From: Actinomycetales bacterium | Lineage (GTDB): Bacteria > Actinomycetota > Actinomycetes > Actinomycetales > JBBRBF01 | Assembly: GCA_038206105.1 (NCBI GenBank) | Contig: JBBRBF010000016.1 | Span: 655 to 64,654, forward strand | Length of the DNA stretch: 64,000 nt | Reading direction: 5' to 3' | In this document: in pieces, positions 36,999-47,121 of the stretch | Layout: every line of letters starts with the position of its first letter | Position numbering within the stretch: the stretch's first letter is position 1 | Notes under the pieces: model-generated | The model's database searches: none | Told to the model about the DNA's origin: nothing | What the model saw: the letters and a program-made list of their open reading frames with translations, nothing else | Position numbers and translations under genes: made by a program

Positions 36999-37954
36999 GG
37001 CGTCTCCTTGGTGAAGCTCGTGAAGATGAGGCGCAGGGCCACGGTCGCCACGATGATCGTGCCGATCACGACGACCACGCCCATCGCGGCGGCCTGTCCG
37101 ACGTCGAAGCCGAGGAACGCCCGCTGGTAGATGTAGAAGGGCAGGTTCGCGCTCGCTGTGCCCGGCCCGCCCTGCGTCATCATGTAGATGTGGTCGAAGG
37201 TGTTGACCACGTAGATGGCGCCGAGCAGCACGGACAGCTCGATGTAGCGGCGCATGTGCGGCAGCGTGATGTAGAGGAACGTGCGCCAGGGACCGGCGCC
37301 GTCGACCTGCGCCGCCTCCAGCGACGACCGGTCCTGGCTCTGCAGCCCGGCGAGGAGCAGCAGCATCATGAACGGCGTCCACTGCCAGACGAGCGCCGTC
37401 ACCACGGCGCCGACGGGGAACTGCGAGATCCAGTCGATGTCCCCGAGACCGAATGGGCTGAGCACCCAGCCGACGATCCCGTAGGTCGGGTCGAACATCG
37501 TCGTCTTCCACAGGAGCGCACCCGCGACGGGCATCACGAGGAACGGTGTGATGAGCATCGTCCGCGCCAGGCTCCGGCCGCGGAACGGCCGGTCGAGCAG
37601 CACGGCGAGCAGCAGGCCGATGAGCAGCGCGATGAGCACGCAGGCCCCCGTGATGACAATCGTGTTCAGCGCCGCCTGCCGGAACACTCTGTCCTGGAAC
37701 ACTTCCACGTAGTTGCTCAGGCCGACGAACTGCCGCGAGCCGGGGCGCACGAGGTTCCAGGACTGCAGGGAGTACCAGACCGTCACGAGGAACGGGAACT
37801 GCGTGACGAGGATGAGGAACACCAGGGCGGGCAGGAGCGGCGCGCGCCGCACCCAGCCGGCCCGCCGCTCGTCACGCTTCGGGTGGTGACCGTCTCCGCT
37901 CGCCGGCGCGGTCGGAGTCCCCGACGCTGGGGGCCCCTTCGTCAGTGTGGTCAT
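36995..37954 (-). CDS. Polyol ABC transporter permease (SmoF/MtlF-like)
   Basis: WQWTPFMMLLLLAGLQS, EAAQVDGA, TQGGPG. Confidence 0.93.
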   Translation of the reverse strand: MTTLTKGPPASGTPTAPASGDGHHPKRDERRAGWVRRAPLLPALVFLILVTQFPFLVTVWYSLQSWNLVRPGSRQFVGLSNYVEVFQDRVFRQAALNTIVITGACVLIALLIGLLLAVLLDRPFRGRSLARTMLITPFLVMPVAGALLWKTTMFDPTYGIVGWVLSPFGLGDIDWISQFPVGAVVTALVWQWTPFMMLLLLAGLQSQDRSSLEAAQVDGAGPWRTFLYITLPHMRRYIELSVLLGAIYVVNTFDHIYMMTQGGPGTASANLPFYIYQRAFLGFDVGQAAAMGVVVVIGTIIVATVALRLIFTSFTKETP

Positions 37955-39342
37955 CGCCCGTCCTCCTGGTAGCTGTCGCCCACGTTCTGCGCGTACTTCT
38001 GTGACTGCTCGATGGCCTGGTCCACCGTGATCTGACCCGCGATCGCGGCCGAGATCTGCTGGCTGACACGGGTTCCGAGGTCCTGGAACTCGGGGATGCC
38101 GACGAACTGGATGCCGCGGTAGGGAACCGGGTCCACCGTGGGGTCCTCCGGGTCTGCCAGCGCCAGCGCCGTCAGGGTCGGCTCGGCGAACGCCTGCGCA
38201 GCCGCGGCGTACTCCGGGATCTCGTACGTCGACAGGCGACTGCCCGGCGGCACGGCCGACCAGCCCTTCTCCTCGCCGACGAGCTGCATGTAGTCCTTGT
38301 TCGTCATCCAGGAGATGAACTCCCAGGCGTCGTCCTTGCGCTCGGAGGTCTCCGGGATCGCCAGCGACCAGGCGTACAGCCACCCGGACGACTCCGTCTC
38401 CTCCACCGGCGCCTGCGCGTAGGCGTTGAGGCCGGCCACGGTGGAGTCGGTCTCGGACTCCGTGGTGCCGACCATGGACGTCGCGTCGTACCACATCGCA
38501 GCGTCGCCCTGGGTGTACTGGGTCGCGCAGCCCGAGAAGCCGGCCTGGGCGGCGCCGGGGGTGCCGTACTCACGCACGAGGTCGACATAGAACTCGATCG
38601 CGGCACGGCTCTCGGGCGAGTCGAGCTGGGCGTTCCAGTCCTCGTCGAACCAGCGGCCACCGAAGGTGTTGATGACCGTGTCGAGGGGCGCGAGGTTCTC
38701 GCCCCAGCCCGCCAGCCCGCGAAGGCAGATGCCGGCCAGCCCGGCCTCGTCGTCGTCGAGCTCGGCGGCGAAGTCGCGCACCTCCTGCCACGTGGGCTGC
38801 TCGGGCATCTCGAGGCCGGCGTCGTCGAAGAGGTCCTGGCGGTAGACGAGGAACGAGGACTCGCCGTAGAAGGGCACCGAGTACAGGTCACCGTCGACGG
38901 ACAGCGACTCGGCGATGCTCGGAACGAAGTCCTCCGGGTCGTAGCCCGGCGTCTGCTCGGCGTACGGCTGCAGGTTGACCAGCCAACCGTTGTCGGCCCA
39001 CATCGGCGTCTCGTAGTTGCTGATCATCACGATGTCGAACTCGCCGCCGCCGGTGGCGACCGACGCGGTGATCTTGGCGCGGGCCGAGTTCTCCGACAAA
39101 GACACGAACCGCAGGTCGATGTCGGGGTTGTCGGCCTCGAAGCGATCCGACAACGAGATCGCATCCTCCATCTGGGAGTTGGAGATGATGGCCACGACCA
39201 GCGGGTCGCTGCCGCCCGCGGACCAGCTGCCGGCCCCGCCGCAGGCGGCCAGCCCGGTCGACGCAGCCACGGCCGCCGCCGCCGCTGCGACACGTCGCCG
39301 CCGGCGGCCGGCGCCGTGTGCGCGCCTTGTCGCTCTGCTCAT
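37951..39342 (-). CDS. Polyol/sugar ABC substrate-binding lipoprotein (SmoE/MtlE-like)
   Basis: Lipobox LAAC, YETPMWA, PFYGESS, CLRGLAGWGE, WLYAWSL, PEFQDLG. Confidence 0.92.
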   Translation of the reverse strand: MSRATRRAHGAGRRRRRVAAAAAAVAASTGLAACGGAGSWSAGGSDPLVVAIISNSQMEDAISLSDRFEADNPDIDLRFVSLSENSARAKITASVATGGGEFDIVMISNYETPMWADNGWLVNLQPYAEQTPGYDPEDFVPSIAESLSVDGDLYSVPFYGESSFLVYRQDLFDDAGLEMPEQPTWQEVRDFAAELDDDEAGLAGICLRGLAGWGENLAPLDTVINTFGGRWFDEDWNAQLDSPESRAAIEFYVDLVREYGTPGAAQAGFSGCATQYTQGDAAMWYDATSMVGTTESETDSTVAGLNAYAQAPVEETESSGWLYAWSLAIPETSERKDDAWEFISWMTNKDYMQLVGEEKGWSAVPPGSRLSTYEIPEYAAAAQAFAEPTLTALALADPEDPTVDPVPYRGIQFVGIPEFQDLGTRVSQQISAAIAGQITVDQAIEQSQKYAQNVGDSYQEDGR

Positions 39343-39736
39343 CGAAGGGTCCCTTCACTATCGCCCCGGGGTTCCGGGGCGTCCTGGACGATCGCGACCT
39401 TGCCCGCGGCGCCGGAGTCGGCGACGCGGTAGGCCTCGTCGGCGTCGGCGATGCCGAGCCGGTGGGTCACGACGACGTCGAGGTGGACGTCGTGGCGGTC
39501 GACGCCAGAGCCGACGGCGACCACGTCGCCGCACGGCTCGTGCCCGGCGACCACGCCCTGGTAGGCCTCCGGCCCGGTCCCGAGGTGCTCGCGATAGATC
39601 GCGCGGACGTCGCTGCCGCAGATGGTGGAGGCACGCGGCCGCACCAGCACCTGGCCGTGACCGGGCTGCAGGTCGGGCAGGTCGGGCAGGTCGCGCAGCT
39701 CGGTGCGCGAGGCGCCGGGCAGCAGGACCCGTGCAT
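39339..39736 (-). pseudogene. Zinc-binding alcohol/polyol dehydrogenase remnant (codon-3 frameshift and large internal deletion)
   Basis: GAGGAGG-ATG at 39736 is out of frame with VLLPG...ICGSD...GHEPCG.VVAVGSGV, which is fused directly to the C-terminal VVTHRL...EAY...GKV. Confidence 0.85.
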
Positions 39737-39810
39737 CGCGTCCTCCTCGCCCGCGGTCACACCGCGCTGTCGCTTGACCGCGACATGTTCTTGCTCTTAT
39801 GAGTGCTACC

Positions 39811-39840
39811 CATCTCATCTGAGATGTGATGTGATGTCAT
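39811..39840. promoter_or_regulatory. AT-rich divergent promoter/operator with palindrome CATCTCA-TC-TGAGATG and GATGT direct repeats
   Basis: Lies between the divergent polyol operon and the SorC/DeoR-type regulator. Confidence 0.6.
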
Positions 39841-39902
39841 TCATAGGGCCCCGGTCCTGGGACTGTCAAGGCTCGGTCACGTAACGTCGGGAGGATCTAC
39901 GT

Positions 39903-40958
39903 ATGAGCGGCACGACTGCCGTCCCGCCGGCCGCGGACCCCGCGGACCGTCCCGACGACGACGGCGGCCGGTCGGCGCGTGGACGACCACCCGGCCCGGC
40001 GCCCGAGGTCACCGACCAGGCCCTGCTCGCCGAGATCGCCCGCCGCTACTACCTGCAGGACGCCTCGAAGGTCGACATCGGCCGGTCCTTGGGGATCAGC
40101 CGCTTCAAGGTCGCCCGGTTGCTCGACGAGGCCCGCACCCGCGGCGTGGTCACCATCACGGTGAACGCCCCGCTGGGGGTGGACGCCGAGCTGTCGGTGG
40201 GGCTCGCGTCCGCACTCGGACTGGCGCCGTGTACCGCGGTCGGGTCCGAGCCGGGCGGATCGGCGGCGCAGGCGCGCCTCGACGTCGCCGAGGTGGCGGC
40301 CAGGCTGCTGCCGGACATGCTGCGCCCCGGTGATCGGCTCGGGCTGACCTGGAGCCGCACCGTCGACCTGCTGGTCGACGCGCTGACCTGGCTGCCGCCG
40401 TGCACCGTCGTCCAGCTCGCGGGCACCCAGTACGCGGCCAGCGGCAGTGCCACCGTGGAGGTGGCCCGCAGGGCCGCGGACCTGTCCGGCGGCCGCGCCT
40501 ACCCCGTGCACGCGCCGCTGCTGCTGGACGACCCGTCGGCGGCCGCCGTGATGCGTCGCCACCCGGTGATCGCGACCACCCTGGCGATGGCCGACGACCT
40601 CGACGTCGCGGTCGTCTCGATCGGGGCGTGGCGCCCGGACGGCTCCACGATGTGGGACTCGGTGGACCAGGCGCAGCGCGACGAGGGGCTCGCGGGTGGG
40701 GCCGTCGCGGAGGTCAGCGGCCGCCTGCTCGACGCGCAGGGGCGACCCGTGGTGACGTCCCTCGACGACATGGTGATCGGGGCCACGCTGTCCCAGATGC
40801 TCGGGGCGCGCCGCCGGGTCGGGCTCGTGGCGGGCCGGCACCGCGCTGCCGCGGTCCGTGCGGTGGTCCGCGCCGGTCTCGTCACCGACCTCGTCGTCAG
40901 CGCCGAGGTGGCGCACGAGGTGCTGCACGCCTCGGGCGCGGCCCTTGCCGACGGCTGA
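39903..40958 (+). CDS. SorC/DeoR-family sugar-binding transcriptional regulator
   Basis: IARRYYLQD.SK.DIG..LGISRFKVARLL..AR HTH plus sugar-binding domain; GGAGG RBS. Confidence 0.92.
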   Translation: MSGTTAVPPAADPADRPDDDGGRSARGRPPGPAPEVTDQALLAEIARRYYLQDASKVDIGRSLGISRFKVARLLDEARTRGVVTITVNAPLGVDAELSVGLASALGLAPCTAVGSEPGGSAAQARLDVAEVAARLLPDMLRPGDRLGLTWSRTVDLLVDALTWLPPCTVVQLAGTQYAASGSATVEVARRAADLSGGRAYPVHAPLLLDDPSAAAVMRRHPVIATTLAMADDLDVAVVSIGAWRPDGSTMWDSVDQAQRDEGLAGGAVAEVSGRLLDAQGRPVVTSLDDMVIGATLSQMLGARRRVGLVAGRHRAAAVRAVVRAGLVTDLVVSAEVAHEVLHASGAALADG

Positions 40959-40964
40959 GGAACC

Positions 40965-41603
40965 TCAGCCGAGCGCAGGCCGCCGGCTCAGCACATGACC
41001 CCGGTCGGTGCTCAGCCGCCGCCAGGGCCCGACCGCGTGCAGACCCACGGGTTCGTCGGTCAGGAACCCCAGGGCGTGCGCGGCGAACCCGGCGCCGGCC
41101 GGGACGTCGTCCGTGCCGTCCAGCGTCCGTCCCCACACGCTCGCCCGCAGCCGCGCGACGGCCGCCGCACCGGCGACGTCCGGGGTGCCGGCCGCGACCT
41201 CGGAGATCCCGGCGACCGCCGCCGCCCGGAGCGTGTCCGCGGGCAGCGGCGGGAGCGGCGCCCAGCCCGACCGGGGCGGGGCCACCCCCGCCCACGGCGC
41301 GGGGTGCGTGACCGGCGGCACCGCGAGCGAGCTGCCCCCCTCGTCGCGCGCGAACCGGTCCGCGAGGGCGGCCAGCGGCACCGTGGCATCGAGGTCCGCG
41401 GGTTCGGCGAGCCCGACCACCCGCAGCCCCAGCACCGTCGGGCCACCTCCCCCGGACAGGGCACCGACGTACACCGCCAACGCGGTCCCGTGACCGACGA
41501 GTCGCGCCCCACCGTCCGGGTCGATCCGGCGCGCACGCGCGACGTACGTGGCGAGATCGCGGCGGGTCGCGACGTCGGCGAGCAGCAGGTCGCCTGCGGT
41601 CAC
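40965..41603 (-). CDS. Conserved actinobacterial hypothetical protein (Rv2474c-like)
   Basis: DLATYVARA.R.DPDG..RL, W.G..PPRSGW, W.RLST.RGHVL; GTGA overlap with the thioesterase. Confidence 0.8.
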   Translation of the reverse strand: MTAGDLLLADVATRRDLATYVARARRIDPDGGARLVGHGTALAVYVGALSGGGGPTVLGLRVVGLAEPADLDATVPLAALADRFARDEGGSSLAVPPVTHPAPWAGVAPPRSGWAPLPPLPADTLRAAAVAGISEVAAGTPDVAGAAAVARLRASVWGRTLDGTDDVPAGAGFAAHALGFLTDEPVGLHAVGPWRRLSTDRGHVLSRRPALG

Positions 41604-42118
41604 CGCCCCGCCCCGGCGCCGGCGTCCCGCCGGTCGCGCTCCCGGCGGCGCAGCCGGACAGGCTCGTCGAGCCAGGCCTCCAGCCGTCCGCGCTCGACGG
41701 CCGTGAGCCGCCGAGGCCGGCCGGCGTCCAGGTCGTAGACGACCATCGTGGACTCGGCCCGGGCGTACACGGTCGTCCTCGCACGGCGGCCGTCGACGCC
41801 ACCGTCCCCGTCGCCATCGGCCCCTGCCACGTCCAGCACCTCGTAGCCCATCTCGAAGCTGGCGGCCCGCAGGTTGCTCACCCACAGGTCGATCGCCACC
41901 GGCTCCGGGCGCCAGTGCAGCGGCTCCAGGTAGTCGATCTCGTGCCGCGCGACGAGCAGCCCGGTGCCCACCATGTCGCCGCCGTCGTCACTGCCCGCGG
42001 CGTGGAACGCCTGCACCCGCGCGTCCTCGAGCAACCGCAGGAAGACGACGTTGTTCACGTGTCCGTACGCGTCCATGTCGGACCAGCGAAGCGGGGTCGG
42101 GAAGCGGAGCCGGCTCAT
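41600..42118 (-). CDS. 4HBT-family acyl-CoA thioesterase (Rv2475c-like)
   Basis: LRWSDMDAYGHVNNVVFLRLLEDAR. Confidence 0.92.
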   Translation of the reverse strand: MSRLRFPTPLRWSDMDAYGHVNNVVFLRLLEDARVQAFHAAGSDDGGDMVGTGLLVARHEIDYLEPLHWRPEPVAIDLWVSNLRAASFEMGYEVLDVAGADGDGDGGVDGRRARTTVYARAESTMVVYDLDAGRPRRLTAVERGRLEAWLDEPVRLRRRERDRRDAGAGAGR

Positions 42119-42207
42119 GGGTCCATCGTGCCGCACCGCCGCGCGGCCGCCGCGGCGCCGCGGGGCCGTCCCCGCACCGACCCGCGTTGTGGGTAGCGTG
42201 CGCAGGT

Positions 42208-43287
42208 GTGAGCGAGAGCACCCCGGGCGAGGCCGGTCCCGACGGCGACCTGCCCGGTCTCGACCTCGCCGCCCTGCGGCGGTGGCTCGCCTCGACCGGC
42301 CTGCACGACGGGCCCGTCGAGGCGGAGCTGGTCGTCGGCGGCCGCTCCAACCTCACCTTCGCCGTGGACGCCGGGGCGCAGCAGTGGGTGCTGCGCCGAC
42401 CCCCGCTCGGGCACGTGCTCGCGACAGCCCACGACATGGCGCGCGAGCACCGCGTCATCAGCGCGCTGACCGGCACGGCCGTGCCGGTGCCGGCCACCGT
42501 GGCGCTGTGCACCGACACGGGCGTCCTCGGTGCGCCCTTCTACCTCATGGAGCGCGTCGAGGGCGTCGTCGCGCGCTCCCGCGCCGACGTGGGCCGGTGG
42601 TCGAAGCCGCAGCGCCATGACCTGGCGATGCGGATGATGGACGTGCTCGCCGACCTGCACGCCGTGGACCCCGAGGCGGTCGGGCTCGGCGACCTCGGCC
42701 GGCCCGACGGCTACGCGCACCGGCAGGTGAAGCGGTGGGGCCAGCAGCTGGACCGCAGCCGCAGCCGGCAGGTCCCCGGGATCGACCGCCTCAAGGTGCG
42801 CCTCGCGGCCTCCGTGCCACGGCTTCCCCGGACCGGGATCGTGCACGGGGACTACCGCCTGGACAACCTCGTGCTCGACGCGGACGACGCGAGCATCCTC
42901 GCCGTCCTGGACTGGGAGATGTCGACGCTCGGCGCCACCCTCACCGATGTCGGCCTGCTGCTCGCCTACGCCACCGCGCTCGGCCCGAAGAACCCGGTCG
43001 CCGACGGCTTCGGGCCCGCGAGCGGCTTCCCCGACGTCGCGGAGCTCGTCGCGCGCTACGCGGAACGGGCGAGCCTCGACGACACCGGCCTCGCGGCGCT
43101 GCCGTGGTGCACCGCGCTGGGATGCTTCAAGGTGGCGGTGATCCTGGAGGGCATCCACTACCGCTGGTCGAAGGGCCAGACCGTCGGGGAGGGCTTCGAG
43201 CGGATCGGCGCATTCGTGCCGGGTGCGGTCGACCGCGGTCTCGCCGTCCTGGACGACCCGGCGTCCGTGCTGCCAGCCGGGGCCTGA
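42208..43287 (+). CDS. APH/choline-kinase-fold phosphotransferase (ACAD10/11-kinase or LvaA-like)
   Basis: GGRSNLT, LRRPP.G....TAHDMAREHRV, FYLME, HGDYRLDN, LDWEMSTLG. Confidence 0.9.
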   Translation: MSESTPGEAGPDGDLPGLDLAALRRWLASTGLHDGPVEAELVVGGRSNLTFAVDAGAQQWVLRRPPLGHVLATAHDMAREHRVISALTGTAVPVPATVALCTDTGVLGAPFYLMERVEGVVARSRADVGRWSKPQRHDLAMRMMDVLADLHAVDPEAVGLGDLGRPDGYAHRQVKRWGQQLDRSRSRQVPGIDRLKVRLAASVPRLPRTGIVHGDYRLDNLVLDADDASILAVLDWEMSTLGATLTDVGLLLAYATALGPKNPVADGFGPASGFPDVAELVARYAERASLDDTGLAALPWCTALGCFKVAVILEGIHYRWSKGQTVGEGFERIGAFVPGAVDRGLAVLDDPASVLPAGA

Positions 43288-43288
43288 C

Positions 43289-44524
43289 GTGGACTTCGCC
43301 CCGGACGCGGTGACCCGCGACCACGCCGCCCGGCTCGAGGCGTTCATGGCGGAGGAGGTGCTGCCCGCCGAACCGGTCCTCTCGGAACAGGTGGCGCGCG
43401 CCAGGGGCGACGGCGACCCGTGGCGCCGGCCGCCGGTGATGGCCGACCTGCAAGCCTCGGCGCGCCGCCGCGGGCTGTGGAACCTGTTCCTGCCCGACCC
43501 GGCGCTCGGCGCCGGACTGTCGGTGCTGCAGTACGCGCCGCTGGCGGAGATCACCGGCCGGTCCCCCCACCTGGCGCCCGAGGCCCTGAACTGCGCGGCG
43601 CCCGACACCGGCAACATGGAGCTGCTCGCCGAGTTCGGCACCGCCGAGCAGCGTGAGACGTGGCTGGAACCGTTGCTGGACGCGCGGATCCGGTCTGCGT
43701 TCTGCATGACGGAGCCGGACGTCGCCTCCTCCGACGCGACGAACATCCGCACCCGCATCCGGCGGGACGGCGACGACTACGTCGTCTCGGGCCGCAAGTG
43801 GTGGTCCACCGGCGCGATGGACCCGCAGGCGGAGGTGCTCGTCGTGATGGGGCAGTCGGCGGACCCCGACGACCCCGACGTGCCCCGCCACCGGCGGCAG
43901 TCGATGGTGCTCGTCCCCCGGAGAGCGCCGGGCGTCCGCGTGGTCCGGGCGCTTCACACGTTCGGCTTCGACGACGCCGCCCACGGTGGGCACGCCGAGG
44001 TGCACTTCGACGACGTCCGGGTTCCCGCGTCAGCGCTGGTCGCAGGCGAGGGCGACGGGTTCGCGATCGCCCAGGCCCGGCTCGGGCCGGGCCGGATCCA
44101 CCACTGCATGCGCCTCATCGGCATGGCGGAGAGGGCGATCGAGGCGATGTGCCGCCGCGCCCTGGACCGCGTGGCGTTCGGCCGCCCACTCGCGGAGCAG
44201 GGGGTCGTCGCCGAGCGCGTCGCCCAGGCCCGGGTGGAGGTCGAGGCGGCCCGGCTGCTCGTGCTGAAGACCGCCTGGCTGATGGACACCGTCGGCAACC
44301 GCGGGGCCCACACCGAGATCCAGGCGATCAAGGTGCTCGTCCCGCCGCTCGTGCAGCGCGTCGTCGACGATGCGATCCAGGTCCACGGCGGGGCAGGCGT
44401 CAGCCAGGACACGCCGCTGGCCGAGCTGTGGGTCGCGGCCCGGACGTTGCGGCTCGCTGACGGGCCCGACGAGGTGCACCGCGCCTCGCTCGCGCGCCGC
44501 GAGATGCGCCGCTACTCCGGCTGA
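43289..44524 (+). CDS. Acyl-CoA dehydrogenase (ACAD10/11, FadE2 or LvaC-like)
   Basis: LWNLFLP, NCAAPDTGNME, MTEPDVASSDATN, AQARLGPGRIHHCMR, DGPDEVH. Confidence 0.93.
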   Translation: MDFAPDAVTRDHAARLEAFMAEEVLPAEPVLSEQVARARGDGDPWRRPPVMADLQASARRRGLWNLFLPDPALGAGLSVLQYAPLAEITGRSPHLAPEALNCAAPDTGNMELLAEFGTAEQRETWLEPLLDARIRSAFCMTEPDVASSDATNIRTRIRRDGDDYVVSGRKWWSTGAMDPQAEVLVVMGQSADPDDPDVPRHRRQSMVLVPRRAPGVRVVRALHTFGFDDAAHGGHAEVHFDDVRVPASALVAGEGDGFAIAQARLGPGRIHHCMRLIGMAERAIEAMCRRALDRVAFGRPLAEQGVVAERVAQARVEVEAARLLVLKTAWLMDTVGNRGAHTEIQAIKVLVPPLVQRVVDDAIQVHGGAGVSQDTPLAELWVAARTLRLADGPDEVHRASLARREMRRYSG

Positions 44525-45294
44525 CGACCGGCCTCCAGGGACTGCTGCAACCGGTTCATCCGCGTCAGCCAGCCGTCGCGGTCGCCGGCCCGGAACTGCT
44601 CGTGCTCGGCGACCCGGGGGTGCGGCAGCACGAGGAACCGACCGTCGCGGAGGGCCTCCAGCACGGCCTCGACCACCACGTCGACGTCCACGGCCTCGGA
44701 CGCCAGCAGCGCCTCGGCGTCCGGGCCGGCGGCGAGCATCATCGGGGTGCGGACCCCCATCGGGCACAGGGCCTGCACCGTGACGCCACGGTGGTCGTAG
44801 GTCGCGCGCAGCCACTCGGCGTGGGCCACGGCGGCGTGCTTGGTCGCGGCGTAGCAGGCGCTGCCGAGCATCGTCAGCAGGCCCGCGGCGGAGGCCGTCA
44901 TGAGCAGGTGTCCGCGACCTCGCTCCAGCCAGTGTGGCAGCAGCGCCCGCGCAGCCCGCACGTGCGCCATCACGTTCACCTGCCACGCCGCCTCCCAGCC
45001 CTGCTCGTCGGGGCTCGGGGCGACGCCTGCGTTGGCGCAGAACAGGTCCACGTCGCCCAGGCGGTCGAGAGCCGCACCCACGAGGCCCTCCGGACGCGCG
45101 GCGTCGGCGACCACCGCCGTGGCGCCGAGGTCCGAGGCGACGCGCTCCAGACCCGAGCTGTCGACGTCCGAGAGCACCGGCCGCGCACCGTCGGCGGCGA
45201 ACCGCGCCGCCAGCGCCGCGCCGATCCCGGACGCCGCGCCGGTGACGACGACCCCGGCGCCGGCCAGGCGTAGCGGGCGTAGCGGCTCAGCCAC
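44512..45294 (-). CDS. SDR-family oxidoreductase
   Basis: TGAASGIG, ANAGV, YAATKHA. Confidence 0.92.
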   Translation of the reverse strand: MAEPLRPLRLAGAGVVVTGAASGIGAALAARFAADGARPVLSDVDSSGLERVASDLGATAVVADAARPEGLVGAALDRLGDVDLFCANAGVAPSPDEQGWEAAWQVNVMAHVRAARALLPHWLERGRGHLLMTASAAGLLTMLGSACYAATKHAAVAHAEWLRATYDHRGVTVQALCPMGVRTPMMLAAGPDAEALLASEAVDVDVVVEAVLEALRDGRFLVLPHPRVAEHEQFRAGDRDGWLTRMNRLQQSLEAGRQPE

Positions 45295-46324
45295 GGTGGG
45301 GTTCGACGGCGTCCGCAGCGATCTCGACCACGAGGCGTCCGGTCGTGCCAGCGGCCGCGAGGCGGGTGAGACCGTCGGTGGCGCGGTCGAGGCCGAGCCG
45401 CTCACCCACGAGCGGGTCCACCACGCCCGCGTCGGCCAGCGCGCAGATCTCGCGGTGCGCCTCGCGCACGAGCTCCGGCGCTCGGTGGGTGTACAGCCCC
45501 CAGTGCAGCCCGAGCACGGAGTAGTTCTTCACGAGGGCGTGGTTCGTCGCCACGGAGGGGATCTCGCCGCTGGCGAAGCCGACCACGACGATGCGGCCCT
45601 CGAAGGCGACGGCACGCGTCGAGGCGGCGAAGGCGTCGCCGCCCACGGGGTCGAAGACGACGTCCGCGCCCCGGCCGCCCGTGGCGTCCTTGATCGCGGC
45701 CACGAGGTCGTCGTTGGTCCGGTCGAGCACGACGTGGGCGCCCAGCCCCCGGGCGACGTCGACCTTGGCGCCTCCCCCGACGACGGCGACCACGCGTGCC
45801 CCTGCTGCGACCCCCAGCTGGACGGCGGCGCTGCCGACGCCGCCGGCGGCGGCGTGCACGAGCAGGGCCTCCCCGCGCTGCAGCCGGGCCCGGCGGTGCA
45901 GGGCGAACCAGCCTGTCTGGTAGGCGATATGAAGTCCCGCCGCCCTGGCGTCGTCCAGGGACTCCGGGGCGAGGTGCACGTCGCCCGCCGGCGCCAGCGC
46001 GTACCCGCCCAGCGACCCGTGCGGCAGGTCCGCCGTCCCGACCACCCGGCTTCCGAGCAGCCCGTCGCCGACGCCGGGACCGAGCGCAACGACGTCACCG
46101 ACGCACTCGACGCCCGGCGTGAACGGCAGCGGCGGGCGGACCTGGTACGCACCTCGCGCCAGCAGCACGTCGGGAAAGCCCAGGGCCATCGCGCGTACGC
46201 GCACCAGCACCTGTCCCGGGCCGGGGGCCGGCACGACGACGTCGCGCAGCGACATCGCTGCTTCCGGCTCGCCGTGGTGGGTGACCTGCCAGGCGCGGGT
46301 GGGCGTGCCGCCTTCCGCGCTCAC
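45287..46324 (-). CDS. NADPH:quinone oxidoreductase-family (zinc-independent MDR) protein
   Basis: PFTPGVE, LVHAAAGGVGSA, VFDPVGG, GFASG, GLHWG. Confidence 0.92.
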   Translation of the reverse strand: MSAEGGTPTRAWQVTHHGEPEAAMSLRDVVVPAPGPGQVLVRVRAMALGFPDVLLARGAYQVRPPLPFTPGVECVGDVVALGPGVGDGLLGSRVVGTADLPHGSLGGYALAPAGDVHLAPESLDDARAAGLHIAYQTGWFALHRRARLQRGEALLVHAAAGGVGSAAVQLGVAAGARVVAVVGGGAKVDVARGLGAHVVLDRTNDDLVAAIKDATGGRGADVVFDPVGGDAFAASTRAVAFEGRIVVVGFASGEIPSVATNHALVKNYSVLGLHWGLYTHRAPELVREAHREICALADAGVVDPLVGERLGLDRATDGLTRLAAAGTTGRLVVEIAADAVEPHRG

Positions 46325-47121
46325 CCCAGCCCCCCGACGCGGGAGACGCCGCCGTCGAGCACGACCGTCTGCCCGGTGAGCCAGGCCGCGTCGTCCGAGA
46401 GCAGGAACGCGACGGCACCCGCGACGTCGTCGGGCACGCCGAGGCGGCCCAGGGGGTAGGCGGCGGCGACCTGCTCCTCGCGGCCGGAGTACAGCGCACT
46501 CGCGAACTGCGTCTTGACGATCGCGGGCGCGACCGCGTTGACGCGCACCGCCGGCGCCAGCTCGACCGCCAGGCAGGCGGTGAGGTGGGCGACGGCGGCC
46601 TTGCTGACCCCGTACATCGCGATGCCGGGGGCGGGCTGGACGCCCGCGATCGACGACAGGGCGACGACGGCTCCGCCACGCTCGCGCAGCGACGCCCGCC
46701 AGGCCTGCTGCACCCAGCCGAGGGTTGCCAGCACGTTCACGTCGAGGATCTTGCGACCGGCAGCGAGGTCGAGGTCGACCAGCGGTCCGTGCACGGGGTT
46801 GATGCCCGCGTTGGCGACGAGCAGGTCCACCGGGCCGAACGCCGCGGCGGTGCGCTCCAGCGTCTCGACCTGGTGGTCCGGGTCGTCCGCGGGGCCGGCG
46901 ACCCCGAGCGCCGACACCTCGCCGCCGAGGTCCGCGACGGCCGTGGCCAGTGCGTCGGCGTGGCGCGCGGTCACGCACACCCGAGCGCCCTCGTCGACCA
47001 GACGCCGCGCCACGGCGAGCCCGATCCCGCGGCTCGCGCCGGTGACGACCGCCACCCGGCCGGTGAACCGGCCGCCGGGCGCCGTGTCGGGGTGCGCCTG
47101 CACTGCCCCGGCGGCGCTCAC
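46321..47121 (-). CDS. SDR-family 3-oxoacyl reductase-like oxidoreductase
   Basis: TGASRGIG, NAGINP, YGVSKAA, RVNAVAP.IVKT.F. Confidence 0.93.
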   Translation of the reverse strand: MSAAGAVQAHPDTAPGGRFTGRVAVVTGASRGIGLAVARRLVDEGARVCVTARHADALATAVADLGGEVSALGVAGPADDPDHQVETLERTAAAFGPVDLLVANAGINPVHGPLVDLDLAAGRKILDVNVLATLGWVQQAWRASLRERGGAVVALSSIAGVQPAPGIAMYGVSKAAVAHLTACLAVELAPAVRVNAVAPAIVKTQFASALYSGREEQVAAAYPLGRLGVPDDVAGAVAFLLSDDAAWLTGQTVVLDGGVSRVGGLG

